Assembly: GCA_040905385.1 (NCBI GenBank)
Contig: JBBDRP010000002.1
Location: forward strand, 523,526 to 587,525
DNA length: 64,000 nucleotides
DNA from: Minisyncoccota bacterium
Lineage (GTDB): Bacteria > Patescibacteriota > Minisyncoccia > Phycocordibacterales > SW-6-46-9
Reading direction: 5' to 3'
This document shows positions 6,769-16,119 of this stretch, one piece after another. A model generated the notes under the pieces. That model had not been told where the DNA came from and searched no databases. It was given only the letters and a program-made list of their open reading frames with translations. The stretch's first letter is position 1, and each line of letters starts with the position of its first letter. Both the position numbers and the translations under genes were made by a program.

Positions 6769-8049
6769 CTAGAAAAGATTACCAAGTGAGGTTTCTGCCC
6801 GTTGGATTGCGCTACGGGTTGGAAGTCGTCCAGAATTAATATTACTAATCATCTCAGAAAAGATACTATCGGTAGCTTCAGGATCTGGATCCAACCAGCC
6901 ACGACTAATCAACGCTGACTGATGGAACACCTGCTGATATGGATCAGTAACCTGTTGAGATAAGACATCGCGACGAACCGGAGTAAAGTTTGTCTGGTTA
7001 ACGATGGCTCGTGCCATATCAGGCCCAGTAAGAAGTTTCAGGGCCTCTAGAATTGTAAGCTTGTTTGGTGCCTGATTGAGAATTGCAAAACCGTACACAG
7101 TCGCGTGAGTGCGAGCTAATCCTTCTTCCAGCTGTGGAATCACACTAACATCAAAGTTAAGATTCGGATTCTGCGAGCGAATATAGGAAATACTGCTGGC
7201 TGGAGCCACATACAAAGCCAAGTTCCCGCTGGTAAACTCCTGACGATCAGCCGGCATCGAACTATTCCATGAGTAGACACTACTGTTTGGGTTAGCATAC
7301 TGCGTATAAAGTCCTACCGCTGATTCGGCTGACTGTATATTCTGGGATAGTACAGTTTCAAACCTATCTGCGGAGATACGGGTCACAATCGGATTTCCTG
7401 CCTGCAGAAAAAGGCTCGAGAGTACCTCTGTCAATGCTGTAACGTTTCCAGCAGTACCAAAGTTAAGGGCAGCTGTCTGAATACTATCATCTCCAGCCTT
7501 ACGGGTAATCTGACGTGCGTAATCCGCAACCTCTTGCCAATTACTCGGTGGTGAAAGAAAACCAGCCTGGGTAACGATGTCTCGGTTCCAGTACATAACC
7601 AGCGGATCCATCGCTAAGGGTAAGGCTGAAATACCCTCACTAGACGTAAAGATCTCGGCACCTTCGATAAAGGTATCTCTGAACATTCGTGACGAATAGG
7701 CACCACTACCAATAGATGAAATCAAGTCTGAAAGCTGTAGCAGCTGCGTATGTGACATCAAAAGTACGTCTGGGCCACGTCCACGCGCCAAGGCATTCAC
7801 AAGCCGTGTCTCTAGTTGCCCAGCCGGAACTGACTCGTACGTAATGATAATACCATCCATATCGGCTATTCCTGAATTTTTAAGAAGATTATTAAATGTA
7901 TCCGATTCCCACTCACCCCAGACCGTAAAACTGACATTTACCTGCTCTTTATTACCAGAATTGAGTCCACCAAGAGCAAAAATAGCCACACCCACGACAG
8001 CGGCGACGATAAAGACTCCAATCAGGATTGTTTGAAATGAATTATTCAT
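6769..8049 (-). CDS. Extracellular solute-binding protein (SBP family 1-like) with N-terminal TM anchor
   Basis: TVWGEWESD..., GPDVLLMSHTQLLQL and PLVMYWNRDIVTQAG...PPSNWQEVADYARQI resemble maltose/sugar-binding proteins. Start chosen at MNNSFQTILIGVF to avoid overlap with the upstream gene. Confidence 0.6.
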   Translation of the reverse strand: MNNSFQTILIGVFIVAAVVGVAIFALGGLNSGNKEQVNVSFTVWGEWESDTFNNLLKNSGIADMDGIIITYESVPAGQLETRLVNALARGRGPDVLLMSHTQLLQLSDLISSIGSGAYSSRMFRDTFIEGAEIFTSSEGISALPLAMDPLVMYWNRDIVTQAGFLSPPSNWQEVADYARQITRKAGDDSIQTAALNFGTAGNVTALTEVLSSLFLQAGNPIVTRISADRFETVLSQNIQSAESAVGLYTQYANPNSSVYSWNSSMPADRQEFTSGNLALYVAPASSISYIRSQNPNLNFDVSVIPQLEEGLARTHATVYGFAILNQAPNKLTILEALKLLTGPDMARAIVNQTNFTPVRRDVLSQQVTDPYQQVFHQSALISRGWLDPDPEATDSIFSEMISNINSGRLPTRSAIQRAETSLGNLF

Positions 8050-8050
8050 A

Positions 8051-8599
8051 CTATGATTTTTGTAAAATTGCGCCCCAGTGATGGGCTCCAACCCCGAGTT
8101 TTTGCATAAATTGCAGTCCGCTGCTGGCGGCAAGCTGCTTAAGCTCATCGATCGAAATCAGATGGTCTTCTGGTGGACCCAAGCCCCCATGCGTATCACT
8201 CCAGTCGATTACCAAAGCTCTACCACCCGAGCGAAGAATTCTGGCAGCCTCAGCCAGCAGAACATCTTTGTCCTTTACCTGAAACAGAACGTTTGAAAGA
8301 ATTACGACATCAACCGTCGTATCATCAAGCATACTACCACCCGGCTTTTCAAGATCACTCCATACCACATCAACCTGCGTCAGTCCCTCTCTTTCGGCCT
8401 GATTTTTAACCTTTTCAACGAGATCCTTCTGAATCTCAACCGCGCAGACATGCCCCTTCTCACCTACCATTCGAGCTGCAGCGAGGGTGTAGTGACCAGG
8501 TCCAGCACCAAGATCCGCCACCTCCATACCCGGCTCTAATCCAAAAGACTGGAGATTAGTTTGTGGATCTGCAAATGACATAGATGCATTATACCCCAC
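8051..8599 (-). CDS. Class I SAM-dependent methyltransferase
   Basis: Motif I VADLGAGPGHYT; Rossmann-fold methyltransferase spacing. Confidence 0.7.
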   Translation of the reverse strand: MGYNASMSFADPQTNLQSFGLEPGMEVADLGAGPGHYTLAAARMVGEKGHVCAVEIQKDLVEKVKNQAEREGLTQVDVVWSDLEKPGGSMLDDTTVDVVILSNVLFQVKDKDVLLAEAARILRSGGRALVIDWSDTHGGLGPPEDHLISIDELKQLAASSGLQFMQKLGVGAHHWGAILQKS

Positions 8600-8620
8600 A
8601 CAACGCTCAAATTTAAAAGT

Positions 8621-11104
8621 CTAGAGACTAACCAGTGAAGCCACAATATCATCATCATGCAGCTTCATAATTCGTACGCCTTTGGTATTACGAGACAGCT
8701 CAGAAACGTCAGCCGCATCAAATCGAATCACCTGCGCATGGCGACTCATTGCCACCACCTCCTCGTCCTCGTCGGTAAGAATTGCAGCGGTAACAAGCTT
8801 TCCAGTAGTTTTAGAAAGGTTTGCTGTTTTCACTCCTTTTCCACCCCGACCTTGCAAGGAATAGTTTTCAAGAGCTGTCTTTTTTCCGTAACCATTTTCA
8901 GTAATTACAAATACGGCTCCATTATTATTGCGTGAATCAATCACCAGTCCAGCCACCACAGCATCATCCTTGCCATCAAGTTTGATGCCGGTCACCCCTT
9001 TAGCCGTACGACCCATCGTACGTACTTCAGAGGCCTCAAAGCGAATCGCTCGACCTTCGCGGGTGGTAATCATAATTTCATCATCATCATCAGCAAACGA
9101 GGCTGATACGAGCTGATCATCATCTTCAAGAGAGATAGCAATAATCCCGCTACTACGGACATCGTGGAAGGAATCGGCTGTCACCCGCTTTACGCGCCCA
9201 TGCTTAGTAACCATCGAAAGCGTTATGTCTTCTTGCTTTCTGTCTTTAGGAACCGCCAGAATCGAAGTAACTACCTCATCAGATTCAAGCTCGAGAAAGT
9301 TTACAATTGACTTACCACGGGTGGCTCGCTGACCTTCTGGAAGATTATACATCTTTGTCTGATATACCTTTCCTTGATCCGTAAAAAACAATAAGTCGCT
9401 ATGAGTGGTTGTGGATAGCACTGTCGTTACAAAATCATCCTCCTTAGTATTAATATCAACCACACCGACGCCACCGCGCTTCTGGCTCTTATAACTAGAT
9501 GGATTCGTACGCTTCACGTAGCCATCATGGGTAAAGACAAGTACGCTGTCCTCATCGGCAATAAGGTCTTCTTCGGAGATATCATCGATCTTGTGTGGTA
9601 CAACCCGCGTGCGGCGTGCATCTCCATGCTGCTCTGCTACATTTTGTAGCTCGTCCTTAACTTTATCTTTAATGTTCTCTTCGCTGGAAAGCAGCTCCTC
9701 AAGCTCGGCAATGAAAGCCTGTACTTCTTCCAGTTCATCAATGATTCGTTGTCGCTCCAGACCAGCCAGACGCTGTAAGCGCATCTTCAAGATCGCCTCA
9801 GCCTGACGATCAGAGAAATCGAATTCTTTCTTTAGCTCTTCGTGTGCCGCCTCTTTATCATCAGACTCACGAATCAGCGTAATAATTTCATCAATATGAT
9901 CAAGGGCCTTTTTGAGGCCAAGTAAAATATGTTCACGAGCCTTGGCTTTATTAAGCTCGAAATTAGATCGACGTGTTACCACCGAGATGCGATGAGAGAT
10001 GAACTCCTCAAGAATAACCTTTAGTGACAATGTCTGTGGCACACCATCTACCAATGCCACCATGTTGAGGTGGAACTTGGTCTCCAATCGTGAGTTTTTA
10101 TACAGTATATTTAGTACCTTTTGTGGATGAGCGTTACGCTTCAGATCAATCACCACTCGAATATCAGACGTGGATTCATCGCGAATATCCTTCACTCCAT
10201 CAAGCTGATCATCCTTAACCATATCAGCGATCTTCTCAATCAGACGAGCTTTATTAATACGAAATGGAAGTGACGTAATAATGATGCTGTGTGCACCGCC
10301 AGACGCCTCAACAATTTCAGCCTCTCCACGCATCACAACGCTACCACGTCCATCCGCGTACGCATCGCGGATGTCCTTTTCTCCAAAAATAACAGCGCCA
10401 GTCGGGAAGTCGGGGCCCTTCACAAACTCCATCAAGTCCTTTACCGTCGCTTCTTCATTATCAATCAGATGAACTACTGCATCTGTAAGCTCGTTTAGGT
10501 TGTGTGGAGGAATGTTAGTCGCCATACCCACCGCAATACCCAAGGTACCGTTTAAGAGAAGTCCTGGTACAGCAGCTGGAAGCACAATCGGCTCCTCGGC
10601 GGTGCCATCGTAGTTTTCACGAAAATCAACGGTGTCTTTGTTAATATCAGCCAAGAGATCCTCAGCAATCGATGACATCTTCGCCTCGGTGTACCGCATC
10701 GCGGCTGCCGAGTCACCATCAATCGACCCGAAGTTACCTTGCCCGATTGCTAGCGGGTATCGAGTACTAAAAATCTGTGCCATCTTTACTAATGATTCGT
10801 ATACAGCGGAGTCACCGTGCGGGTGATACTTTCCGAGTACTTCACCGACAATCGCGGCAGACTTCCGAAACTTTGCCCCGCTGGTCAGCCCCATCTTGTT
10901 CATCGCAAACAGGATTCGGCGGTGAACCGGCTTCAGTCCATCACGCACATCTGGCAGCGCACGAGCTGTAATAACGGACATCGCGTAGTCGATGTACGCG
11001 TCCTTCATCTCGGCAGTGATCGGCTGCGCGATAATCTTATCCCCAGTATCCGGTGTAGATTCTCCGGATTTCTTTTCTTTGTTCGTATCGCTATCGTCGG
11101 CCAT
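8621..11104 (-). CDS. gyrA: DNA gyrase subunit A
   Basis: AAMRYTE catalytic Tyr; quinolone-resistance region [16 protein letters not shown]; C-terminal beta-pinwheel repeats. Confidence 0.95.
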   Translation of the reverse strand: MADDSDTNKEKKSGESTPDTGDKIIAQPITAEMKDAYIDYAMSVITARALPDVRDGLKPVHRRILFAMNKMGLTSGAKFRKSAAIVGEVLGKYHPHGDSAVYESLVKMAQIFSTRYPLAIGQGNFGSIDGDSAAAMRYTEAKMSSIAEDLLADINKDTVDFRENYDGTAEEPIVLPAAVPGLLLNGTLGIAVGMATNIPPHNLNELTDAVVHLIDNEEATVKDLMEFVKGPDFPTGAVIFGEKDIRDAYADGRGSVVMRGEAEIVEASGGAHSIIITSLPFRINKARLIEKIADMVKDDQLDGVKDIRDESTSDIRVVIDLKRNAHPQKVLNILYKNSRLETKFHLNMVALVDGVPQTLSLKVILEEFISHRISVVTRRSNFELNKAKAREHILLGLKKALDHIDEIITLIRESDDKEAAHEELKKEFDFSDRQAEAILKMRLQRLAGLERQRIIDELEEVQAFIAELEELLSSEENIKDKVKDELQNVAEQHGDARRTRVVPHKIDDISEEDLIADEDSVLVFTHDGYVKRTNPSSYKSQKRGGVGVVDINTKEDDFVTTVLSTTTHSDLLFFTDQGKVYQTKMYNLPEGQRATRGKSIVNFLELESDEVVTSILAVPKDRKQEDITLSMVTKHGRVKRVTADSFHDVRSSGIIAISLEDDDQLVSASFADDDDEIMITTREGRAIRFEASEVRTMGRTAKGVTGIKLDGKDDAVVAGLVIDSRNNNGAVFVITENGYGKKTALENYSLQGRGGKGVKTANLSKTTGKLVTAAILTDEDEEVVAMSRHAQVIRFDAADVSELSRNTKGVRIMKLHDDDIVASLVSL

Positions 11105-11146
11105 ATGTGTCTTCTAGTATAACATAAATATGAAGCGCAAAGATTG

Positions 11147-11182
11147 TAGCGTGTAGCTTGTAACACAAAACTTATAACGTAT
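11147..11182 (-). promoter_or_regulatory. Upstream motif TAGCGTGTAGCTTGTAAC...TTATAACGT 5' of gyrA; a second copy lies 5' of ychF
   Basis: 23089-23118 reads AGCGTGTAGTTTGTAACTTATAACGT. Both copies sit immediately upstream of minus-strand start codons. Confidence 0.35.
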
Positions 11183-11438
11183 ATCAAAAATACAGATTGA
11201 GGACCTTATTTTGCTAACCGCGCAAAAGAATCAGATCGAAGATGACGATTTCTTACAAAACCGACTTAATATCAAAACTTTGGACAAATTACCTTAAAGC
11301 ACACCACCCTCTCCAGAAGAGACTTCACAGCCGGCATATGCATGGCCCCGCGCCTGCGGGATATGCCGGCGAGACGGAGCGCGAGCCACGCTGGTGGCTC
11401 GACGCGTGCTCTTCTGGAGAACGGGTGGTAAATGTGTA

Positions 11439-11960
11439 TTAATCCTGTGAAAACCACTCGCCATCCTGATTTGGATTATAGTTTCGCGAATGAAAGGGTT
11501 CTCGCTTGTCATCCCTGTCTCCTTGCACCTGCGGACCCATCGCTTCGTTTTGTTCATTACCGACATCTCTTGAACGCTGATCAGCCCAGTATGAGTTAGG
11601 TGAATCATCCTGCCTTACCGGCTGGTAACTACCATCAGTTCGCGTCGCTGGCTGAACTTCAGAATCAGACGTTGTGGATGTCGTGGCCGAACTGGTTGTG
11701 GCCGAGTCAGAAGCAAAGTGATCGCGAAACTCCTGAAAAGCGGAGGCAGCATTATCACTAAAAGCTGACAAGGGCGACGCTGTCTGTGTTTGGGCGATGT
11801 TCGTGTTTTGCAAACTACCCTCTGATCCATATGGACCGTGATTAAAGACCGTCAACCACATAACGAATATAACCCCGGTTACCGTGGCTGAGGTTCCAAG
11901 CGCAAATCGCTTACGAGTCTCTGGTGACTTGTTTCGTAATTGTTCTAAAAATCCCGGCAT
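11439..11960 (-). CDS. Hypothetical membrane-anchored protein (N-terminal TM, Ser/Thr-rich tail)
   Basis: TM segment VTGVIFVMWLTVF; no recognisable domain. Confidence 0.45.
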   Translation of the reverse strand: MPGFLEQLRNKSPETRKRFALGTSATVTGVIFVMWLTVFNHGPYGSEGSLQNTNIAQTQTASPLSAFSDNAASAFQEFRDHFASDSATTSSATTSTTSDSEVQPATRTDGSYQPVRQDDSPNSYWADQRSRDVGNEQNEAMGPQVQGDRDDKREPFHSRNYNPNQDGEWFSQD

Positions 11961-11971
11961 AAAAATAGTGA

Positions 11972-12610
11972 TTAACTACCCTCAGGTATGATTATCTCGA
12001 TATCAACCTCGCGACCAGATAGATCTCGTGGACTAATGGTCAGCTTATCATTTGGTGAGACATCCTCAGCATCACTTTCGGCAATAAATTTTGTTACACA
12101 CTCGTCGTCAACTGAATCAAAATGAGTTGGAATGACAATTTTTGGCTCTATCTGCATAGCCAACTTATAGGCATCCGCTGGCGACAGCGTCGTATCACCA
12201 CCAATCGGCACAAAGAGAATATCAATTTCCTCCATGAACTCCTGTGCACCAGCCGGAAGCTCACGACTGGAAAGTGGTCCTAAAAAACAAATATCCATGT
12301 CCTGAAAGCGAAACACATACACCGTATTAATTCGTTCTTCTCCGTCGTAGGAAGACTTTCCGGCTATTCCATTGATCGACATACCACCAATCTCGTACTC
12401 GCCCGGCCCATGCAGGACAACTGGATCTTTGTCACCGGCAGTCATCAGTTCGCCACCAGCGTAATCCTTGTGCCGAATGGACTGTAGAACAATGTCAGCT
12501 CCGAAACGCAGTGTCTTCGCATCAGCTTCTTCGCTCGGCGGATTCGTGGCAATCACTGTGTCTCCATACTGCAACTTAAAGCAGTCTTTTCCGTTGTTTG
12601 TTATAACCAT
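11972..12610 (-). CDS. Metallo-beta-lactamase-fold hydrolase (UPF0173-like)
   Basis: Zinc-hydrolase MBL-like pattern (ILFVPIGG..., VIPTHFD). Confidence 0.6.
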   Translation of the reverse strand: MVITNNGKDCFKLQYGDTVIATNPPSEEADAKTLRFGADIVLQSIRHKDYAGGELMTAGDKDPVVLHGPGEYEIGGMSINGIAGKSSYDGEERINTVYVFRFQDMDICFLGPLSSRELPAGAQEFMEEIDILFVPIGGDTTLSPADAYKLAMQIEPKIVIPTHFDSVDDECVTKFIAESDAEDVSPNDKLTISPRDLSGREVDIEIIIPEGS

Positions 12611-12630
12611 AGTGGTAATTATTATAGCAT

Positions 12631-13593
12631 CTAATCTCTTCCTACATCCAGGTAAACACGATTCTCAGCATGCTTCGGCAACGTCTCTGCAAAGTAAAAA
12701 TTACCATTTCTATCACTCAAGTAATATAAATCATCAGATTCTATAGGATTTACTGTAGCTCGGATTGATTCAATCCCTGGATTCGCAATCGGTCGTGGTG
12801 GTAAACCTGTATTGGTATAGAGATTGTACGGAGACTCAATCTTCAGATCCGCCATTGTCAACTCGTACGTATTCTTGCCAATCAGCGGTACAAAGGCCGC
12901 ATCTACTTGTAGTGGCATATCGGCATTAATTCGGTTCCACAAAATGCCGGCAATTCTCCGGCGAACTTCGTAATCAGACGCCTCCAGCTCTACTAATGAA
13001 GCCATCTTTACGACGTCAGCCAGCGAATGCTCGAAGGAAGCAATCTCCCCCTGAACAGAAGCGATCTTATCGGTGAAATTATCACGCATAATCGATATCA
13101 CTTCCTCGGATGATGCATCAGTGTAGAAATTATACGTATCAGGATAAAGATACCCTTGATGCGGATAGGCTTCGGTGAGAAAATCATCTCGAGAAAACGT
13201 CTCTGAATCAAGCGCCTTATCAAGTCGATCTGCAATCTGTTCGTTCGTAAATCCTTCCGGAATTACCACTCTTCCTTGTGGAACGCCAAACGATCCACTC
13301 GAGATTCGCTCAAAAACAGTAGCGGCATTTACTGACTGGTTAAAAGCGTATGTTCCGGCTACAACTTCTCCACCACTGGCCAGGAAAGGAAGGATAATGA
13401 TTTCTGGTGTATACACCACACCAGCATCAGTAAGCTTTTCAGCTGCCAGTGATATTGAATCTCCACGCTGGATACTTACCATCGCTGAAGAGAAAAGCGG
13501 TGGTGGTACTAACCATAAGAGAATCGGCACACCGATAAAAAGCAGTGTAGCTACACTCCAAAGCAGCGTTGATTGTAGGCTTTGTGAATGCAT
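12631..13593 (-). CDS. mltG: Endolytic murein transglycosylase MltG (YceG family)
   Basis: N-terminal TM; YceG signature ESPYNLYTNTGLPPRPIANPG. Confidence 0.8.
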   Translation of the reverse strand: MHSQSLQSTLLWSVATLLFIGVPILLWLVPPPLFSSAMVSIQRGDSISLAAEKLTDAGVVYTPEIIILPFLASGGEVVAGTYAFNQSVNAATVFERISSGSFGVPQGRVVIPEGFTNEQIADRLDKALDSETFSRDDFLTEAYPHQGYLYPDTYNFYTDASSEEVISIMRDNFTDKIASVQGEIASFEHSLADVVKMASLVELEASDYEVRRRIAGILWNRINADMPLQVDAAFVPLIGKNTYELTMADLKIESPYNLYTNTGLPPRPIANPGIESIRATVNPIESDDLYYLSDRNGNFYFAETLPKHAENRVYLDVGRD

Positions 13594-13599
13594 TTTGGT

Positions 13600-14859
13600 T
13601 TATATTGGAAGATCCGACGGTGGTTGCGATTTCTTTGATTCGATACGCTTAAAGGTTGGGGTCTGTGATACTTGACCAGGAAAGTGAAACAGCGTTGCTA
13701 GCTCCTCGGCGCTCAGAACATACGACGGACGTTTATATGGTGGATAAAAATAACTCCGTCGCCTATAAGCATCAAATAAAATATTTCGAGCGGAGTTCTT
13801 ACGCTTATCTTTATAGTCCTGCCATGCGTAAACAAAATTTGTCATTCCACGCGCTGGCTTGAAGCCATTCCTGCCCTTAGCATTAAACTGTTTAAAGGAA
13901 CCAATAAGACCAACAATATTAACAGGACGGAAGCTTCCTGATTCAGCAATATAGAGGCCACGGATACCACAGTCAAATCCAAGTTTAGAAATATTGCGTT
14001 CGATAGCTTTAATAGTATTCTGTTCCGCTTCATTCAGTGATGGTAATACTAATGAATCATTAGCTGATTCTGGTAACTTGGTATCGCTGTCGCGCTTCAT
14101 GAGCTCATTCACCAATTCCTCCCCCTCATCCTGCCACGAAGTTTTTCTAAAAAGTGATCCTTTTTTCTTTTTCTCTTCATGGGCTTGTATCAGTATCTGA
14201 ATCCAGATCTGCTCACCGCGGCGAGCTGAACCAAGATACTCCAAAACTGGTGTCAGTGGATCTACCTGATTCTCCTCATCCTTTCCGCCGGTAAATTCAT
14301 AATCGATATACGTCTTGAGCGGATAAGGATCATCCTCGGTCAGATCAAACTCGGCCCCCCACAGATCAAATGAATCGGTGTCGAACTGCAAAAAGTCCGT
14401 ATAGTCCGGTACCTCAGAAAGCTCAACCTGCGGATACTGCGCATAGATATTGTACTCGATAATGTCCTGAAAAAACTTTGGCGTCCAGATAAACATATGA
14501 ATATCACCCTCTATCGAGACAAGCTCAAGAGAAAACCATGTCTTCACTCTACCTTCCCAGAACTTACCAATAAATTTTCCCGGGATACTTGTCTGATGAA
14601 AAGCGTGTAGTACTAACTCCATTGCCTGTGGTGATTTTGCCTGCTCTTTTGGGAGTGTCACCTCAAGCAGTACATGCTCCTCGTTAAATAGGTGATGCCG
14701 ACGAATATAAGACATCCAACTTTGATAAAAAATATACCCAAATGCAACTGGTCCCCACAATGGAAACCAGTCCATAACTATCGGACCATACTCGGCAACA
14801 AGATCAATCACATTTTGATAGTATGCTGCCGAGAAAAATTGTGAAAAATACGCTGACAT
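13600..14859 (-). CDS. Hypothetical protein (419 aa, aromatic-rich, no recognised domain)
   Basis: Long intact ORF co-directional with, and 75 bp from, the sigma4/HARE-HTH gene. Confidence 0.5.
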   Translation of the reverse strand: MSAYFSQFFSAAYYQNVIDLVAEYGPIVMDWFPLWGPVAFGYIFYQSWMSYIRRHHLFNEEHVLLEVTLPKEQAKSPQAMELVLHAFHQTSIPGKFIGKFWEGRVKTWFSLELVSIEGDIHMFIWTPKFFQDIIEYNIYAQYPQVELSEVPDYTDFLQFDTDSFDLWGAEFDLTEDDPYPLKTYIDYEFTGGKDEENQVDPLTPVLEYLGSARRGEQIWIQILIQAHEEKKKKGSLFRKTSWQDEGEELVNELMKRDSDTKLPESANDSLVLPSLNEAEQNTIKAIERNISKLGFDCGIRGLYIAESGSFRPVNIVGLIGSFKQFNAKGRNGFKPARGMTNFVYAWQDYKDKRKNSARNILFDAYRRRSYFYPPYKRPSYVLSAEELATLFHFPGQVSQTPTFKRIESKKSQPPSDLPI

Positions 14860-14933
14860 AAATACTACATCTCTATAATAACAAAACTACCAACCTCGTG
14901 CTGGTAGTTTCTGTGTAATACATTTCTTCCCTG

Positions 14934-15974
14934 TTAGGCTATCGTGTAGCGACCGTCGGTGGTCTTTTTGAAGTTATCTCCATTCTGTAGGTTCACAATC
15001 ACGGTGTTCGGTTTTACGTATCGTTCCTTCAGAACCTTATCAACAATCTCATCGCGGGTTAGTGGGCCGTCACGTTCAATAATCTTTTCGATCACTTCAC
15101 GAACTACCCCAGTCATATAGCCCCATTCCTTGAGCGCGTACAGTCCTCGGCCAACAAGAACGAAACGATCATCCTTGATCAGCTCGTTGTGTGTGGTAGC
15201 CTCATGGGCCTTCTTGTCAAAAAGATTTTTAATTTCCTTCGTAACCTCACGGAAGTGCAGTGGAGAGCCATGCTTGCGAATTACCAAGTAAGCGTAATCA
15301 CGCACACCCTTTACACGAACATTAGAGCTTTCGGCGTGACCCCACTCACCAAGTGGATTTCGGTCTACCTTACGAGACAGTGCTAGCCATCGACGGAGTA
15401 CTTCCTCGTTATCAAGATGATGGCTGTGATCATCCGGGATATCTGTAATGTGATTAACGAAACGACTAATCATCGCCTCTTTGGAGATAAGTTCGTCCAT
15501 ATCAAGCTCGCCGTGAAGCTTCTGTAGAGCCGAGTGGATTGCCTTGGCCATCCGTGCATCAACATGCCACCGATCATGGAAGTGGTCATTTACACGCTCC
15601 CTCTCAAAAGCATCATGAAGATCTAGAAGCAAGAAAACGTGATTATGTGTCGACTTTCGATTTGAAATATGGTTCATGAAATGCTCCTCAGGGACAATCA
15701 CACCGAGGGAATGAAAAACATCCTCTAGCTCGGAAAAGGTATCCTTTTCCTGCTTGTAGACGTCTGATTCGCGGATTTGATTTAAGGCGTCTGCCTCGAT
15801 CTGTCGCACTCGCTCGCGAGTGATGTCATAACGATTACCGATAGACTCTAGTGTCTCCGGCTCAACTTTACCTCCCAGTCCATAGCGAGAGGTGATAACA
15901 TCCTCGGCTCGATCAGATAGTCCTGATCGCAGAGCTCGAGTTACTTTGCTGGGTTGAAAACTAAGCACGCTCAT
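14934..15974 (-). CDS. Sigma-70 region-4 HTH fused to a C-terminal HARE-HTH-like domain
   Basis: N-terminal TLESIGNRYDITRERVRQIEADALNQIR is a textbook sigma-4 motif. C-terminal DDRFVLVGRGLYALKEWGY matches the HARE-HTH motif of the RNA polymerase delta subunit (GRF..L...WGL..W). Confidence 0.6.
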   Translation of the reverse strand: MSVLSFQPSKVTRALRSGLSDRAEDVITSRYGLGGKVEPETLESIGNRYDITRERVRQIEADALNQIRESDVYKQEKDTFSELEDVFHSLGVIVPEEHFMNHISNRKSTHNHVFLLLDLHDAFERERVNDHFHDRWHVDARMAKAIHSALQKLHGELDMDELISKEAMISRFVNHITDIPDDHSHHLDNEEVLRRWLALSRKVDRNPLGEWGHAESSNVRVKGVRDYAYLVIRKHGSPLHFREVTKEIKNLFDKKAHEATTHNELIKDDRFVLVGRGLYALKEWGYMTGVVREVIEKIIERDGPLTRDEIVDKVLKERYVKPNTVIVNLQNGDNFKKTTDGRYTIA

Positions 15975-16119
15975 AATAATTATATTTATTTAATCTAACA
16001 TTTGTATCTATGACGAACCCTTCGCCATGTGGCTGATAATTAAATTCTTGTTCTGTATCGGCGAGCTGTGGCCAATAACGTACTACAACTTTACCGCAAT
16101 AAGATAAGTCTGTCAATCA

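Noticed and set aside
8657-11122. Multiple 60-100-aa antisense ORFs inside gyrA
   Set aside because: They are embedded antisense in a highly conserved gene. Their Ser/Ala-rich translations are typical of the reverse frame of a coding sequence.
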